Assembly (NCBI GenBank): GCA_050575255.1
Contig: JBNZDD010013668.1
Coordinates: forward strand, 1,462,289-1,526,288
Origin: Harriotta raleighana
Taxonomy: Eukaryota
Direction of reading: 5' to 3'
Length of the DNA stretch: 64,000 nt
The notes beneath the pieces are model-generated. The model had not been told where the DNA came from, searched no databases, and saw only the letters and a list, made by a program, of their open reading frames with translations. The position numbers and the translations under genes were made by a program. Positions 33,251-46,700 of the stretch are shown here, one piece after another. Position 1 is the stretch's first letter; every line of letters begins with the position of its first letter.

Positions 33251-35814
33251 GTGTATATCTGGGGATAAAGCATCAACTTATCTTACATTTGAAACGCATT
33301 TGGTTTCAAATACTAAACACCAAATTATCCTCTTTGCTTTCTGCTTTAAACTCTCAGTGAGAGAATCCACTAAGGCCTGAATTGGCAGAATATAATAAGT
33401 TCAGTATCACGGGTGATGAGCTGTCACCTTATACAAGAGCTGTCCCTAAGTGACTTGAGGGTGTTTTGAAGACAATTTGAAAGTACATGATACGATAACA
33501 TTCAGAACTATGTATTATGATAATAATTATGATAACCCATGCATTTGGTATAGCATCTTATCACATTTGAGTTTCCGTTTTGGAATGGAGGGCGCTATAT
33601 AAATGCAAGTTGTTGTTGGAAGGATGTCTCAAAGTCCATCACAGGATTTTACTGTGAAATGGAGTGACTGTCGCCAAACACAGAAACCCAATTGGGTACA
33701 GCAATGTCCCACAAATAGCCGTGAAATGGATGACCAATTTTTTTTATTTTGAGGCATTGTTTCAAACACAAATTAGATAGTTTTCTTTGAGGAAATAACA
33801 TTATAGAATATAGTACTGTACATAGGTAATTTGTATGTACATGCGACCACCAACATGGTGGAAGGCGAACTAGATGAACTTTGGTCTTTTTTTATGTTTA
33901 TGTTCTTATGTTTTTATGATACCGGAAGAAACTCCATTCTCTTTTCAAATTGTGCCATAGGATCTTTAAGGTCCACCTGAACAAACTGACGGACCTGGGT
34001 TTAATGTATCATTCATAATCATAATCATTTAAAACAGATATTGATATTTTCAATCAAATATTTGTAAATGTCAACCTTTCTTCAGAAAGTATCAGTGTCA
34101 GATTAATATTATCAATTGAAGTGTCATTTTCTTAACTCAAACATCAGCTTCCAAGTTGAAGTCCTTAAGTTTTTCCAAACCAAAATGTTCTGCCACTTAA
34201 ATCTGATCAGGGTCTTGGTCTTGGTTTTGTTTTCACACCATATATACATGTCAAAATGTCAAGTAAACATACTGTAATGTTCATCACGTTCACTGAAATG
34301 CTTTTTAATATTATTGCATGAGATTAATCATTCGGCTTGAATACCAAGTACACATTTATACTAATCTATATTAACAGATACAAATATGTGGCTTTAAACT
34401 TCAAAGGGATTGAATATTCGAAGGGCTTCTGTGTTATTCACAATACACGTAAAAGGTAACATCAGGGCTTCTTTGCTGAAGTGTGCACTTTTTATGAAAC
34501 TGTCTAAAAGCATATATCACCGCTCTTGGCATATTTTTAACAGGGAGTGGTTTTATCCCCACATTTGCTGTGAACAAAGCAGTGTGTGTGGGGTGGGGAG
34601 GGGGGAGGGGTAATTCTGCCCTTTAAACGTGAAGAGGAAGAAACACTGCAGGGATATCGAGAATTGCACTGGTGCATTACAAAAATTCTTTCATGAGTGT
34701 GAAAGATCCATAACTCATGGGTGCTGCAGGCATGAGTGAATTATGAAGACCTTTCTCATCAACAAAAGCAGCCTGATAATGGATCACAAACTGCATCCAT
34801 TTCTATTTATTGCAGAGGTACCAGTGATGGTCACTTCAAAGCTATTCTGGGACATATGCGAAGATTATGTGAATTTTTAATGCTACAGCAAAACAGTTAG
34901 CAACCAATGTAATTAACAATAGATGCAGAATGCAATAGATGCTCAAATTCCAGGTACAGTATATGTTCTGCAAAGCATTTCAAGAGAATTTTGTAAACAG
35001 CGCGTTTCCTTTCGCCCACTTAAATATAATATGGACGATATATGAAATTCAAATGATTCTGGATTTTAGTGGAAACTCATTAAAATTGCTTAATTGCATA
35101 GATTAATTAATAATCAAGATTTGGGAATTGGCAACTAAACACAGTTGTTAATTATTTTCTCCCCAGTGTCTGTTTAGTTTACTGCTTCCTGGGCATATTT
35201 CTGTTTTTACACATCCTTTGCGCTAACTCATCGCTTAACCTCCTTGTTCCTCCCATCACCTGCAATATTGGGAGTTCTACACTTCATTCGGATTACATCC
35301 AAATTAAGTAGCTCTCATCCCTCAATCACCCTTCAGCTATCCTAAACTTGTAAGATGCTTGACATATGCTCTGCCTCTTAAATCCACAATTACATATATT
35401 TAGAATCTTAATGGGTAATGTAATAATTGTATTTGATAATCCTAATACACTAGTTTGCTTCAGGGTATAGAATTTTTTGCTAGCAAATACCAATACTAAA
35501 ATGTATTTACTGTCTTTTCATTTACAAATCCAAAAAGCCCTTTTTACAGAAGAATGCTGACATTCACAGGGTTAAAGTGAATATTGAGACCATACGTGCA
35601 GTGCATCACAGAGGGAAACACTTTATCCATCTTTCAATGTACCCAACAGTCAGAAGGAGCCGGCACACGGCAAGGGAATGTCATTCATTTAATTGCCAGA
35701 GAACGAGAAATGGAAACGCAATTCAAGCTGATAATAGCTAACCAATCGTGACAACAATTTGCATTCATAGGGTGCCTTTCCTGTCGAGAGGACATCTCGA
35801 AGCACTACAAACAA

Positions 35815-36048
35815 CTACTCCACATGCCTAATAATAATCCCTCCAAAAAAAAACTACAATAATAAAATTGGTCATTTCAATCCACGACTGTTTGTGGGAC
35901 GCTGCTGTGCGCAATTGGCTGCTGCGTTCCGCCCACAAATGTACAGTCAATTCACTTTACAGTATATTCTGTGAAGCGCTTTGGGACGTTGATAAGATGT
36001 GAAAAGCGCTATATCAAATGCAAGGATTATTATTATTTATTATTATTA
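35815..36048 (+). mobile_element. Young tRNA-SINE lacking its head
   Basis: tactccacatgcc...ggtcatttcaatccacgactgtttgtgggac...gcaaggattattatt. Confidence 0.9.
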
Positions 36049-36104
36049 TGTGGGAGCCTGAGCTGGGGAGGGGGAACTGAGGTAGTTACATTTTAGAATC
36101 AATC

Positions 36105-36500
36105 AATCAAATCAAAATTTTATTTATATAGTGCCTTTCACGTCGGGAGGACGTCCCAAAGCGCTGTACAGCCAANAAAATTGACTGTATATTTGTGGGC
36201 GAAACGCGGCAGCCAAATTGCGCACAGCAGTGTCCCACAAACACACGCAGAAATGGGGGAAAAAAGGGGGGGAAAAGCGGGGTGGGGTAAAATCAGGGAA
36301 GAAAGGGGGGGGAGAAAGGGGGACAAGGGGGGAATCAGGGAGGGCAAAGAGGGAGAAATGTTGGTAAGGGGGAAGAGGGAGAGAAGGGTGGGTAGGAGGC
36401 AAAACCAGGGGGTAAGGGGGAAGAGGGAGGAAAGGGAGAGAGGGAAGGAGAAGAATAAAAAGGGGGAAAAATCAGGGGGCAGGGGGAGTTTAAACAACAA
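36105..36500 (-). mobile_element. Second copy of the hybrid SINE-core/L2-tail element, with long purine tract on + strand
   Basis: Same order and near-identical core as 33003-33250; one n at 36176. Confidence 0.75.
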
Positions 36501-37189
36501 CAAAGAACATCAACAATAATAAACAAAAAAGAATGTTGGGACTTGCCAATATAACACGGTCTAAACAAAGCTTCCATTTCTGAGCTGCTTTTTATGAAGG
36601 ACAATGACTAAAATGCTCCTATTTATCTTGAGTGAATCCATTACTATTGACATCAGAAGGAGTGCAGTGCTCTCAATCCATTGTCTGGAGGTTAGCGAGA
36701 CCAACAATGATCCTGAGCTAATCGCCACATCATATTGGATTGAGACATTAACAGTAAAAAAGTCAACAGCCAATTTTGGAGTTTTCCAAAACTCAAACGA
36801 TAGTTTTTAATGTGACGAGCCCCTTAGTAGAATTGAAATTGGCCTCTTGAAAGTTCTTGAGCCAACCAGCCTGAGAGCTTCCAAGGGATGATTGGGGAGT
36901 TAAAATGGACTCTCTTGGCACCATGGAGTTTATATCGTAGCAGAGGTGAATCAAACAGCTCCAATACCACCTCCAAAAACGAGTTGTCTCGGGAGTGGGT
37001 CTCCAGCGCAATTCATGCTGCGTCAACCTTGATTTATAGCACACATTTCAAAGAGAATCACTGAGACATGCAGTATAAGTGCAGCATTCTGGAGAAATCC
37101 TGTGAGAGCCTGATGAGGAGGCGTCGCAACCCAATTCAGCCGTAGGAACTGTTTGTCAGTAAAAATACATAGAGGATTGATTAAACCGA

Positions 37190-37310
37190 GTATAGAACAT
37201 AAGAACATAAAAATTAGGAGCAGGAGTAGGCCATTCGGCCCCTTGAACCTGCCTCGCCATTCAATAAACTCATGGCTGATCTATTCTAACTCCACCTACC
37301 CGCCTTATTT
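37190..37310 (-). mobile_element. CR1 3' end
   Basis: agaacataagaacataaaaattaggagcaggagtaggccattcggcccc, the reverse of a CR1 3' UTR with (TTCTTATG)n. Confidence 0.85.
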
Positions 37311-37499
37311 CCATGCATGGAACAGTAAAATAGAAGCCAAACCAATGGACCAAAGAGCCTTCATCATCTAAACTTGGTTCTCATGTGACTCCAGATATCT
37401 AGCATTGAAGAAAGTATCCTAACTGTTGTATCTCTCCTAATTTTGAGTGGCAGTCAAAGTGAAGCTTTAAACTTTACCAAAGAGAAATGTATTTTGAAT

Positions 37500-37810
37500 G
37501 CATCAAATCTGTAGAACTAGAGGATTTATGTTTACACTCGCAAAGGTTAATCTTAGGACATGTACCAGGAAGTTTTTCTTTAATCAGTGGGTACTTAATG
37601 GCTGGAACAGGTTGTCAGGAAGAGTGGTTGAGGCCAAGGAACAGGATTCAATGCAGGCACATTTTGATGTTGTGGTGGAAGGAATGTTAGGGTTGGTGTT
37701 CTGGAGGAGGAACACGACATGAAAAGCGCTCTACAAATCTAACTTTGTTGTTGTTGTTGAGGAGATCAAATGGGCCGAAGCGCAGCTTCATCCAAACCAA
37801 TCTTGGGATG
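37500..37810 (+). mobile_element. Old CR1 3' fragment
   Basis: RTRG...RKFFFNQWVLNGWNRLSGRVVEA. Confidence 0.75.
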
Positions 37811-38679
37811 ATATAAATGTATAATGTTCGATTAGCATTTAGAATTAAAAGCTTATTTTAAATGCAAAAGGGGCTAGTGTGATCGTTGATTTCCATCCTC
37901 TTTTCATAGAGACTGAAGAGCGACTTCCCAGGGATTTATTGTAAATCTAATTTTGTCTGAGCTTGAGTGTTTGCACTTATAAAAAGTCTGCACCGAGGGA
38001 AACTGGGTTAAATTGCATGAATGGGTAAGGTTGCATGGAAAAGAGGTGGAAATGATACATAATTATCTGGGGCCTTAGATAGTCATCATCAACCTACATC
38101 AGAACTACTAAATCTAAGTAGAAAACACTTAACTGATTGGAAGTTTACTAAGCTTAATACAGCTTTCAGCCTTTAATAGTGTACAGGATAACATCAATCT
38201 CATCTGGGTAAGCATTACCACTGTTAACAGCTGAACACTTTGGTAACTCCACTTTTTATAATGCTCCTACAAACTTGTATCTTCTTAAATGGATTAATTA
38301 CAAGCCATCATACTTTACTATACAAATACTAAAATATCTTGTTAATGCAAACAGTTTAGGGATGTATCTCTGATGGAAAGAGTTCAAAGTGCAGTGCTGT
38401 ATCTTCAATTTTTGGATTGCTTAAAAATGGACCATGTAAGAAACATTTAACTAAGATCTTAACTAAAGCTTAACAGCTGGAATTGTTTTGGCCAGATGGG
38501 TGTCTGACACATGCAACAACCCTTTACCATGTTTACCAATATTGAAACCAAACCTAGAATGACATGTATCCCACCTATACATGGAAATTCAAGAGATATT
38601 TATTGGAATATGATGCAAACTCTCTCCCTGGAGATGTATTCTGCATATCTAATTCCAGACAATATGATGCACATGCTGG

Positions 38680-39150
38680 CAACAACAACAACAACAATAA
38701 AATGACACTTGTATAGCACCTTTCATGTCAGGAGGATATCCCAAGGTGCAGGACAGTTATTGTTTCAGACCCGAGCTAGGGACAGGGAAGGTGAAGGGAA
38801 AGGGAAGATTTGGAGTGGCTGATGGGACTGTTGAAGAGGAGGATCTTGAGGCATGACCTGAAGGAGGCCAGGGAGGGGGCGAGGCAGAGGAATTGCGGGA
38901 TGGAGTTCCAGAGGTTGAGGCAAAGTGGCTGATCACTCACCAATGGGATGAGTGGGTCAGGGGATATGGAGCAGGCTGGAGCTTGCTGAGCGGAGGGAGC
39001 AGGCAGGTTGGAGGTTGCGGATATAAGGTGAGGCAAGGCCATGGAAGGCTTTGAATGTGAGGACCAGGATCTTGAATTGGATCCTCTGGATGACGGAGAG
39101 CCAATGGACTCTGGCAAGGATGGGAGAGATGGGGTCACAAAGCTTGGAGC
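38680..39150 (-). mobile_element. L2 3' fragment
   Basis: PILARVHWLSVIQRIQFKILVLTFKAFHGLA; (GTT)n tail on the minus strand. Confidence 0.9.
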
Positions 39151-39299
39151 GGTTAAATTTAACAATTAACAATTAACATTTAACAATTAAATTTAATAAA
39201 TGCAAGAAATATTAATTCAATTGTTTTATAAGCCTCAAAGGGATAAAAGTTGGCGTTCCACAATTTCCCTGATCAATGCTGTAGTAAGTGAGAATGAGG

Positions 39300-39705
39300 T
39301 GTCAGCTTGGTTCAATTGGTTACATTCTCGCTTCTCAGCAAAAAAGCTATGGGTTCAAGCCCCACATTGGAACTTTGAGATCACAGATTTGGCTGATACT
39401 CTTGTGCAATGCTGGGGAACAACTGCATTGAAGGAGATGCTGTCTTTCAAATTAGATATTAAACTGAGGTCCAATATGCTCAGGTGGACATTAAGGATCT
39501 ATTGGCATGAATCAGAAAGATAAGGGACTTTCTCCCAATATCTGGTTAATAAGCCCCCTCACCCACGTGATAAAATTGGTCATTTAGTTGATGGTTGTTT
39601 ATGGGACATTGCTGTGTGCAAATTGGCTGCCAAGTTCACCAACAAAAAAAATAGTCATTCTAGTTCACAGTAAACTCCTGTGAAGCGCTTTGGGAAGTCT
39701 TAACA
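39300..39705 (+). mobile_element. DeuSINE-like SINE, near full length
   Basis: tgtcagcttggttcaattgg...gggttcaagcccc head; ttaaactgaggtcc...tcaggtggac Deu-like core; gctgtgtgcaaattggctgcc; tgtgaagcgctttggga. Confidence 0.8.
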
Positions 39706-41454
39706 AATTAATTTATTGTTATAAACAAAGCACCTTTGTGGTGTCTATGGCTCAGAATCACACAGGCAAACTGCATTGTCTAGAGAACTATGGGATTCGA
39801 TCAGATTCATCGGGATTAGATGGCAGTGACCGGTCGTTAAGATGCTAATTTGATTTTTGCATTTTACATAAATTTAACTGCTGTGGGTAATTTTCCAAGC
39901 AAGCAGAGGAGAGTAAGTCTTCCCGTAACTGGGTATAATTACCACAAAACAGGTCCCCAAAACACTGACAGGATGATTGTGCCTATAATTATCAATCAGC
40001 TTTTGTGGCTGGACAGTTGAAAATAACTTGACTTTTAGATTCTACCCAATGCTTATTTGACGCTGTGCCAAACACTGTCAATTTAGATTTTAAATGTTAT
40101 TACTATATTTTGTCTGGTGCTCCTTTGAAATGACATTTTGTCATTTGTGTCCCCTAGAAAATACAGTCACTCCACATTATACATAGTTTGTTTTGAGCCA
40201 TGTTCTGATGTGAAATATGCTGTATCAAATACTTGGGTTATCATTATTATTAATACAAATTGTAATGGTTTAACGTTGGGTGTTTGCATGTAGCTCAAAG
40301 GTCTAGTGTAAATGTGCCTAAGAAGTCAGCTTTATCTCTTTTCAGTGATGCAGGCAGCGACAAGAACTGTCAGGGATTTTGCTGTTGTGAAATATTATCT
40401 AAAATGGTTCTCGACTCACGTGTCCGTTCTGCCATCATGCACTTCACAGTCTGATTGCCAAATTGCGACAGTTTCCTCCTGTTCATTTGGTCAGGAGGTT
40501 CATCTGCCGTCTGGTGAAGCTTGCCGCAACAATTGACTGACAGGTATTTCAATTAAGTGGAAAGCACTATATTAATCAAAGTAGGTTTTCTAATTTGACC
40601 TATGGTATTAATGCAGAAGCCAAAGATCTTATTTTATTTGTTAACTGCCTGGTCTTTGCACAATTCATTTTCATTCCCAAGTCTGTTTGCAGGAACAATA
40701 GCTTCCAGATCATCTCGGCTGTCAGGCTAGCATTTCTTTGCTGCCTATTAAATGCTGAATAAAAAACATTTTATTTTAAAACGTTATTAATTTTTGAAAT
40801 GCTAAAATGCTGAGTACTGTTTCCAAATTATAATGATCATTGCGATATAATGCACTGAATAGATTTTCAATTTTAAAAAAAGTGCTTTATGATTACCATT
40901 TCATTTATCGTCAACTACATGCGTTAATGTTTAATGGGCGAAAGGTTGATGATTCACTGGGAATGGAATAATCCTCATTCTCCACACTGTGGACTCCTGC
41001 ACACATCATGGCTTAAGCTCGACAGGTCAGCACTTCAGAATGGGTGAATAGCCCAAATCAACATGCGCCTGCTCATTCCAATATCTGCATCAGAACAGCC
41101 GGAGACTATTCTTGGCATTGCGCCTTTGTTGACCAGGGTCGTGTGTATGATTCAAAGATTCAAACACAAACAATGGAACATTTAATGGAAATTTTAACAA
41201 AATCACAATGCTGAATGGGTTCCTCTCACATTAGGTGCCCTATTAGCACCAATTACTTCAGTCAGTCCGGCCAACGATCTGCCCCATAATAAAATTGGAC
41301 ATTCATTCATGGACAGTTTGGAAGAGGAAATTGAGCCGCTGTGTTTTGCAGACAGAAACACAGTCACTCCACTTCACTGTGAATCCTGTGAAGAGATTGA
41401 AGATATGTACCTGGACATGAAAGCAATTATATAAAATGTAAGTATTACCATTAG

Positions 41455-41850
41455 CAAGTTGTGGGTTCAAGGTCACATTCGGACCTTGAACTCACAATCT
41501 AGGTTAACACGACAACAAATATAGTGCTGGGAAGTATTTTCAAAGATGCAATCCTTCAGATGAGACATTAAACTGAGGTCCTGTCTGCCTATTAAGATGG
41601 ACGTTATGGATCCCATAGCACTATTCGAAAAATGGGAGTTTTTCCCAGTGTGTTGATCAACAATCTTGCAGTAAAATTGTTCACTCACTCTTGGTTATTT
41701 GTGGGATTGTGCTGTGTGGAAACTGGCTGCAGCATTTTTCCACAAAAACAGTCCCTCAACTTCACAGAACTGTATATCCTGTGAAGAGGTTTCGGACATC
41801 CTACCGATGCGAAAAACACTATTCCAAATGTTACAAATATTAGGATTATT
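41455..41850 (+). mobile_element. DeuSINE-like SINE
   Basis: gtgggttcaag...cagatgagacattaaactgaggtcctgtctgcc...gatcccatagcactattcg...ggattattat. Confidence 0.8.
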
Positions 41851-42228
41851 ATGTACTTCCATATAATTTTTTTGCTGCTTTTCAATATTCTAATGCAAGG
41901 ATTTGAATAAGAAACATGTCCTGCCAGAAGATTGATTGAAAAAACTTGACTTTCGCCAGAGTGTTCCCTCACCACTGAACAGATAATCTGCTCGATGCAC
42001 AAGAGTAAGGGCCTTCACCAGTTAAGACCAAGTGTCTCGCCCAATCTTTTCTCAGGGAAACTCGTCCCTTTTGATTTAGGAATTCTCCCTGAACTGGTAA
42101 AGTTAGAGCAAGAACTAGATCCTTATAATGAAGCGGCAATCTTCCAATTCAGGATAGAAGCTCTTTCTTTCTCCCGCAATTTTCCACAAGGAAGCATTGA
42201 GGCAGTTGTCTACAACCTAATTCATAGT

Positions 42229-42335
42229 CTAATCAGAGAGTGCTGAGGCGTCCAACATGTGTGACTCAGATCTATGAAGTGCTATGGATCTGCCCATTTC
42301 CCTGAGGTCTTGTGCTAATGTTTTCTGGTCTACGT
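42229..42335 (-). other. Unverified candidate terminal coding exon (VDQKTLAQDLREMGRSIALHRSESHMLDASALSD*)
   Basis: Acceptor tgctgtgcttttcag, open frame to TAG in non-repeat sequence; no recognised homology. Confidence 0.2.
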
Positions 42336-43535
42336 CTGAAAAGCACAGCAGTAAATGTAGAGGTCCGCTGCATGTCACAGGCTTTAGAGAAGGAAGATTC
42401 CACTTTCACCCACTCAACGTGGGAAAGCCTGGTTGCAGGTGTAGATGACATACATAGAAAATAATATTGTTTTAGAAATAGATAAAGTTTGCAATGTAAG
42501 AGGTATGAGGCATGGTAGTAGTACAACGTGCAGGACAGAGGGCTATCCACTTCAGGAGTCAATGGCTGGGTCATAGAACTAACAAAGGCCTATGCAGGTC
42601 ACTCTACCTCTAGTTTCTTATCCAAGGATTCAATAAGGTAAGGGATTAAAGAGGAAGAAAGTAAAAGGTGGTGGAATGGGGAACAAAATAATATTTCTGA
42701 TGTTAATCATATTCTCTCCTAGTATAACTATAGCGCACTGAAATGCATTGACACTGTTGTCTGGGAGAGATGAGAACATGTAGCAATCAGCAATAATACA
42801 TGTGCACATTGTAAAGTTGGTTCTGAAATTGGTGTCAATCCTGGTCGCATAACTGAAGGAAGATATGAACACATTTGAAATGTGCAGGCAGGAAAGCATT
42901 GAAAATAGTAACTAGGCTTCTCATTGTGCACCCAATAATGGATCCAAATCAGTATTCATATTTTGGGAGTCACAGAAAATGGCTGCTGCTGAAAGACTTA
43001 CCAAGATTTGTGTTACTTTCATATTAGACCAGCTGTACCCGTGACAGCTTTGTTTGCAACCAAAGGATCCAATATCGAATGTAGATTGAGACACAGACCA
43101 ACATACAAACAGACATTTCACCTTTGTCTATCCCATCCTGTGGTTGGACTCAGTGGGAGGACTCGGCTCTTTTAAAATGTAATTTTGTTGTTGTTGCCAA
43201 GCTTAGCTTTGTCTGTGTTTATAATTTTGTTTCTGTCGCCACTTGGCTATTTGTAACGCAAGATACATCGCTATGGTCAGTCGCCATGGCCACCAGGTGT
43301 AACTGCGGCGAAAAACACAATACTGAAATTCATGTTAGGTTATAGCTCATGAATAATAGGAGATACCTGGAAACAAATAGGCCCATGTCACTCGTAGGTG
43401 AAATACCTTTCCAATAAGGTAAAAATCATGTCTCTATGGAAATCTGTTATTGAGATCCTTCTTGAAGTACAGAAAGACATTGTTGTTTTATCAGTAGTAA
43501 TAATANAAAGTGCTTTATGATTACCATTTCATTTA

Positions 43536-43832
43536 CATTTGATATAGCGCTTTTCACATCTTCTAGACATCTCAAAGCGCTTCACAGAATACACTGTAAA
43601 GCAAATTGACTATATATGTGGGCAAAACGTGGCAGCCAATTGCACAAAGCTGTGTCCCACAAACAGTCGTGGATTGAAATAACCAATTTATTATCGTTTA
43701 TTTTATGAGGGATTATTATCAGGCACATGGAGTGAGGAAATGTGCCAAAGGTTTCGCCCTGATCTGCCGTGAATCAAACACAAGTCTCTCACTTGGAAGG
43801 CGAATGCTCTAACCACTGAGCTATAGGACTCC
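43536..43832 (-). mobile_element. Young tRNA-headed SINE, full length
   Basis: Minus strand: ggagtcctatagctcagtggttagagcattcgcc...tatatcaaatg. Confidence 0.92.
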
Positions 43833-44149
43833 ACAGTATAAAATAGATACAAGATGGAAGATAGAAGATGTTAGACAGAAAATAGATGCTACAGTAAAAC
43901 TCTCAGATGTCTCATCTTTATAGATCATATATAATCACCTAAATTGTACATTCACTCGAGAAACATCCAGTTTCCTATCCTAACCACTTGGATTTCTTTG
44001 CAATGCACATATTAATCACTGCCTAACACACTTCCTAACTGGCAACACTTCTCCCCTATCCTCCATTAATCCCATACTTGCCAGCTGCTTTAAATTGCAA
44101 GAAATGATGTTCTGACCTGTCAATGCACATGCACTCACCGCTGGCCAAA

Positions 44150-44630
44150 CTGAACGCAGGAAACGTTACAGCACAAATGCGCACATCAGTGTTCCACAAA
44201 TAGTCATGGATTAAGTGACCAATTTGTTTTGAAGGAATTATTACCCACGGAAAAGTGATCCGCCAATCAACTAAGTACTGGGTTCGTATTTAGTGCTAGG
44301 TAAACAGAGACATGTGGAGTAAGGAATCTTGACGAGCATTTTGCTCTGGCCGGGAATCAAACAACAACAACAAAATTACATTTGCCGAGTGTCTTTTTAC
44401 ATTGGGAGAATGAGGGAGAAGATGTAGAATTCAGAGGAAGCTATTAATATTGGCGGCTGCATAGGGTTGATGAGGGAGAGCAGAGAGGTGGGGGTGGCTG
44501 AAGGCACGGTCGAAAAGAATGTCTTGAATCGGGCCTTGAAGGGAGGGAGTACAGCAAAGGGATTGTGGGATGGAGTTCCAAAGAGTGGGGGCTGAGAGGC
44601 TGAAAGTCCGTCCGCCAATGGAAAGGCAGT
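44150..44630 (-). mobile_element. Long-variant SINE fragment abutting an L2 3' fragment
   Basis: 44150-44361 reads tctctgtttacctagcactaaat on minus; 44362-44630 is an L2 3' UTR with aattttgttgttg. Confidence 0.75.
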
Positions 44631-44634
44631 TTGG

Positions 44635-45200
44635 TCAAACCGCCCCTTGAATATTACATGTAGTTCTGGTCTGGTGTCACTGTGACATAAAGCTTATCTT
44701 GCTCTAGAGGCATGCGGATGATTCCCCAGTGTTAGATAAATGAGCAACAATTAAACATGTTAGTGCTCTTGTCTTGAGATGAAACATCTCGGAGAGGACC
44801 TTATAGAGATTATGTAAAATTTTAAATGTGATTGTAAAGGTAAACCCAGAACAATACGTTAGGATGCACCAAGACAATAGAAAAAGAGAACAACAACAAC
44901 AAAATTACATTTATAGAATGCCTTTCACGTCGGAAGAACATAGTTGCAAAAGGCATGTAGCATGGAATATTTCTTCACGGTAATCAATAATTGGAACAAG
45001 ACAGTTCAGGCCACCCTTCCTGGCATCCTGGACCTAGTTAAAAAGCAACTTGATGTTTTGAGGGATAGGTGAGTTTTCTAAAAGCATGTTGTGAAAAGCG
45101 ATGTATGAAATGCAAGGATTATTATTTTATTATTATCAAAGAAGCCAAAGAGCTTTCTTCATCTGAACCCATCCGATAATCTTGTGAACTCTTGTGATCT
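44635..45200 (+). mobile_element. Highly decayed CR1 3' fragment
   Basis: ccccttgaatattac...gttctggtc...ggagaggaccttatagag...ttcttcac...tggaac; ends atcttgtgaactcttgtgatc. Confidence 0.55.
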
Positions 45201-46393
45201 GTATGGGCTTGATTCGGATTCAATTTAAAAACTGAAACACAGCAATCCAGTCCATAGTTTACAATCTATAGTCCACGTTTTTCCCAGTTAATCTAATGCT
45301 GTGGGTGCCTGCATTAAATGAGTGATGGGTGAAACAGAGATCTTACAATAGAACTGAGATAAAATAGGAATTCATGTAACACGACATTTTACAATATAGC
45401 ATTTCACACGATGCCAGGATATTTTATATCTACCATTTCAATGTCTTGTACATTATTATAATCAAAACAGAAATTATGCGCTTATGTTGTCAACAATGTA
45501 TAACTTGAGAGCTTTGCTCAGTTCAATCAAATTGCCTTGAAACCACAAAAAAAGTGCGCCAGACATACATTTCCCAAATAAAAGCTTATTGTGAAAAAGA
45601 ATAAAAGGAATCATTAAGAAACTCAACAGCCTATAATTATTTAAGAAAGCATCCCTGGTATGGGAAGCACTTAAAACTAAGTGAATGAGAATGAATTACA
45701 ATGCACATCATCTCCCGTTCCTTCAAGTTGAACAGAATCTGCAGGTAACCAACTGTGCCTTTAAATAAAACTTCCTGCGGTTGCTATGGTTAAGGTAATA
45801 AAGTTTCAGTCTCAATTTGTACGCCCAGGAAAGCACTTGATGAAGGTAAGCTAATCAAAATGGAGTGAGACATCATTTCTCTTCCACAAAGCAACATTTG
45901 TTTTGCTCGAAACAACCACAGAAAAGCTTTCATTCCCATCATTAGTTCCACACTGAAGTTCTAAATAATACAGTAATAAATTAACTGGGTAAGTTTATTT
46001 TTCCACAACCACAAACTACCTAACAAATGGTGTTGCAGTGAGCATGGGATAATGCTTTACACAAATTCAATTTAAAAAAAATCCGTATACTGTACACATA
46101 ATTTCTTTGGTAATAATGTACATGTGCATTTGAACCATCAGCAACAAGAACTAGACCGTGCAGCTGTTGTAAAATGAATACACCATATTTCACGTCACAA
46201 GTAAAAAAAAGTATTTTGCAAACCAATTTTGCAAACTGGGGGAAGTGGAACCGAAAGTGAGGTTGCAAAAAATCCTGAGACAGGTTTTGAGGCTGGAGGC
46301 TAGGGACAAGACAGAGGGATTCCAGGATTGAGTTGCAGAGAGCAAGGACAGAATGGCTAAAGGTTTGCCTGGCCCAAAGCTCATCTCAGTGAT

Positions 46394-46700
46394 GTCCTGT
46401 AGCTCAGGGGTTAGAGCACTTGCCTTACAAGCGAGAGATCTGGGTTCAATTCCAGGCAGATCAGGGCGAAACCTTGGGTAAGTTTTCTTACTCTACATGC
46501 CTGATAATAATCCCTCAAAAGAACAAATTGGTCATTTCAATCCACGACTGTGGGACACTGCTGTGTGCAATCGGCTGCCGCATTTCTCCGACAAATATAC
46601 AGTCAATTCACTTTACAGTATATTCTGTGAAGCGCTTTGAGACTTCTAGAAGACACGAAAAGCGTTATACCACATGCAAGGAATATTATTATTATATTAT
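46394..46700 (+). mobile_element. Young tRNA-headed SINE, full length
   Basis: gtcctgtagctcaggggttagagcacttgccttacaagcgagagatctgggttcaattcc...tattattattatatt. Confidence 0.92.

Noticed and set aside
36124-36604. Pro/Phe- or Gly/Lys/Arg-rich ORFs
   Set aside because: Low-complexity purine tract of a retroelement 3' UTR.
46394-46470. tRNA-Val(TAC)-like cloverleaf (also at 14372, 15345, 18122, 18805, 24158, 43536, 62724)
   Set aside because: These are SINE heads: each continues into the same SINE body and tail, and the anticodon varies among copies (TAC, TGC, CAC, TAT, TCC).
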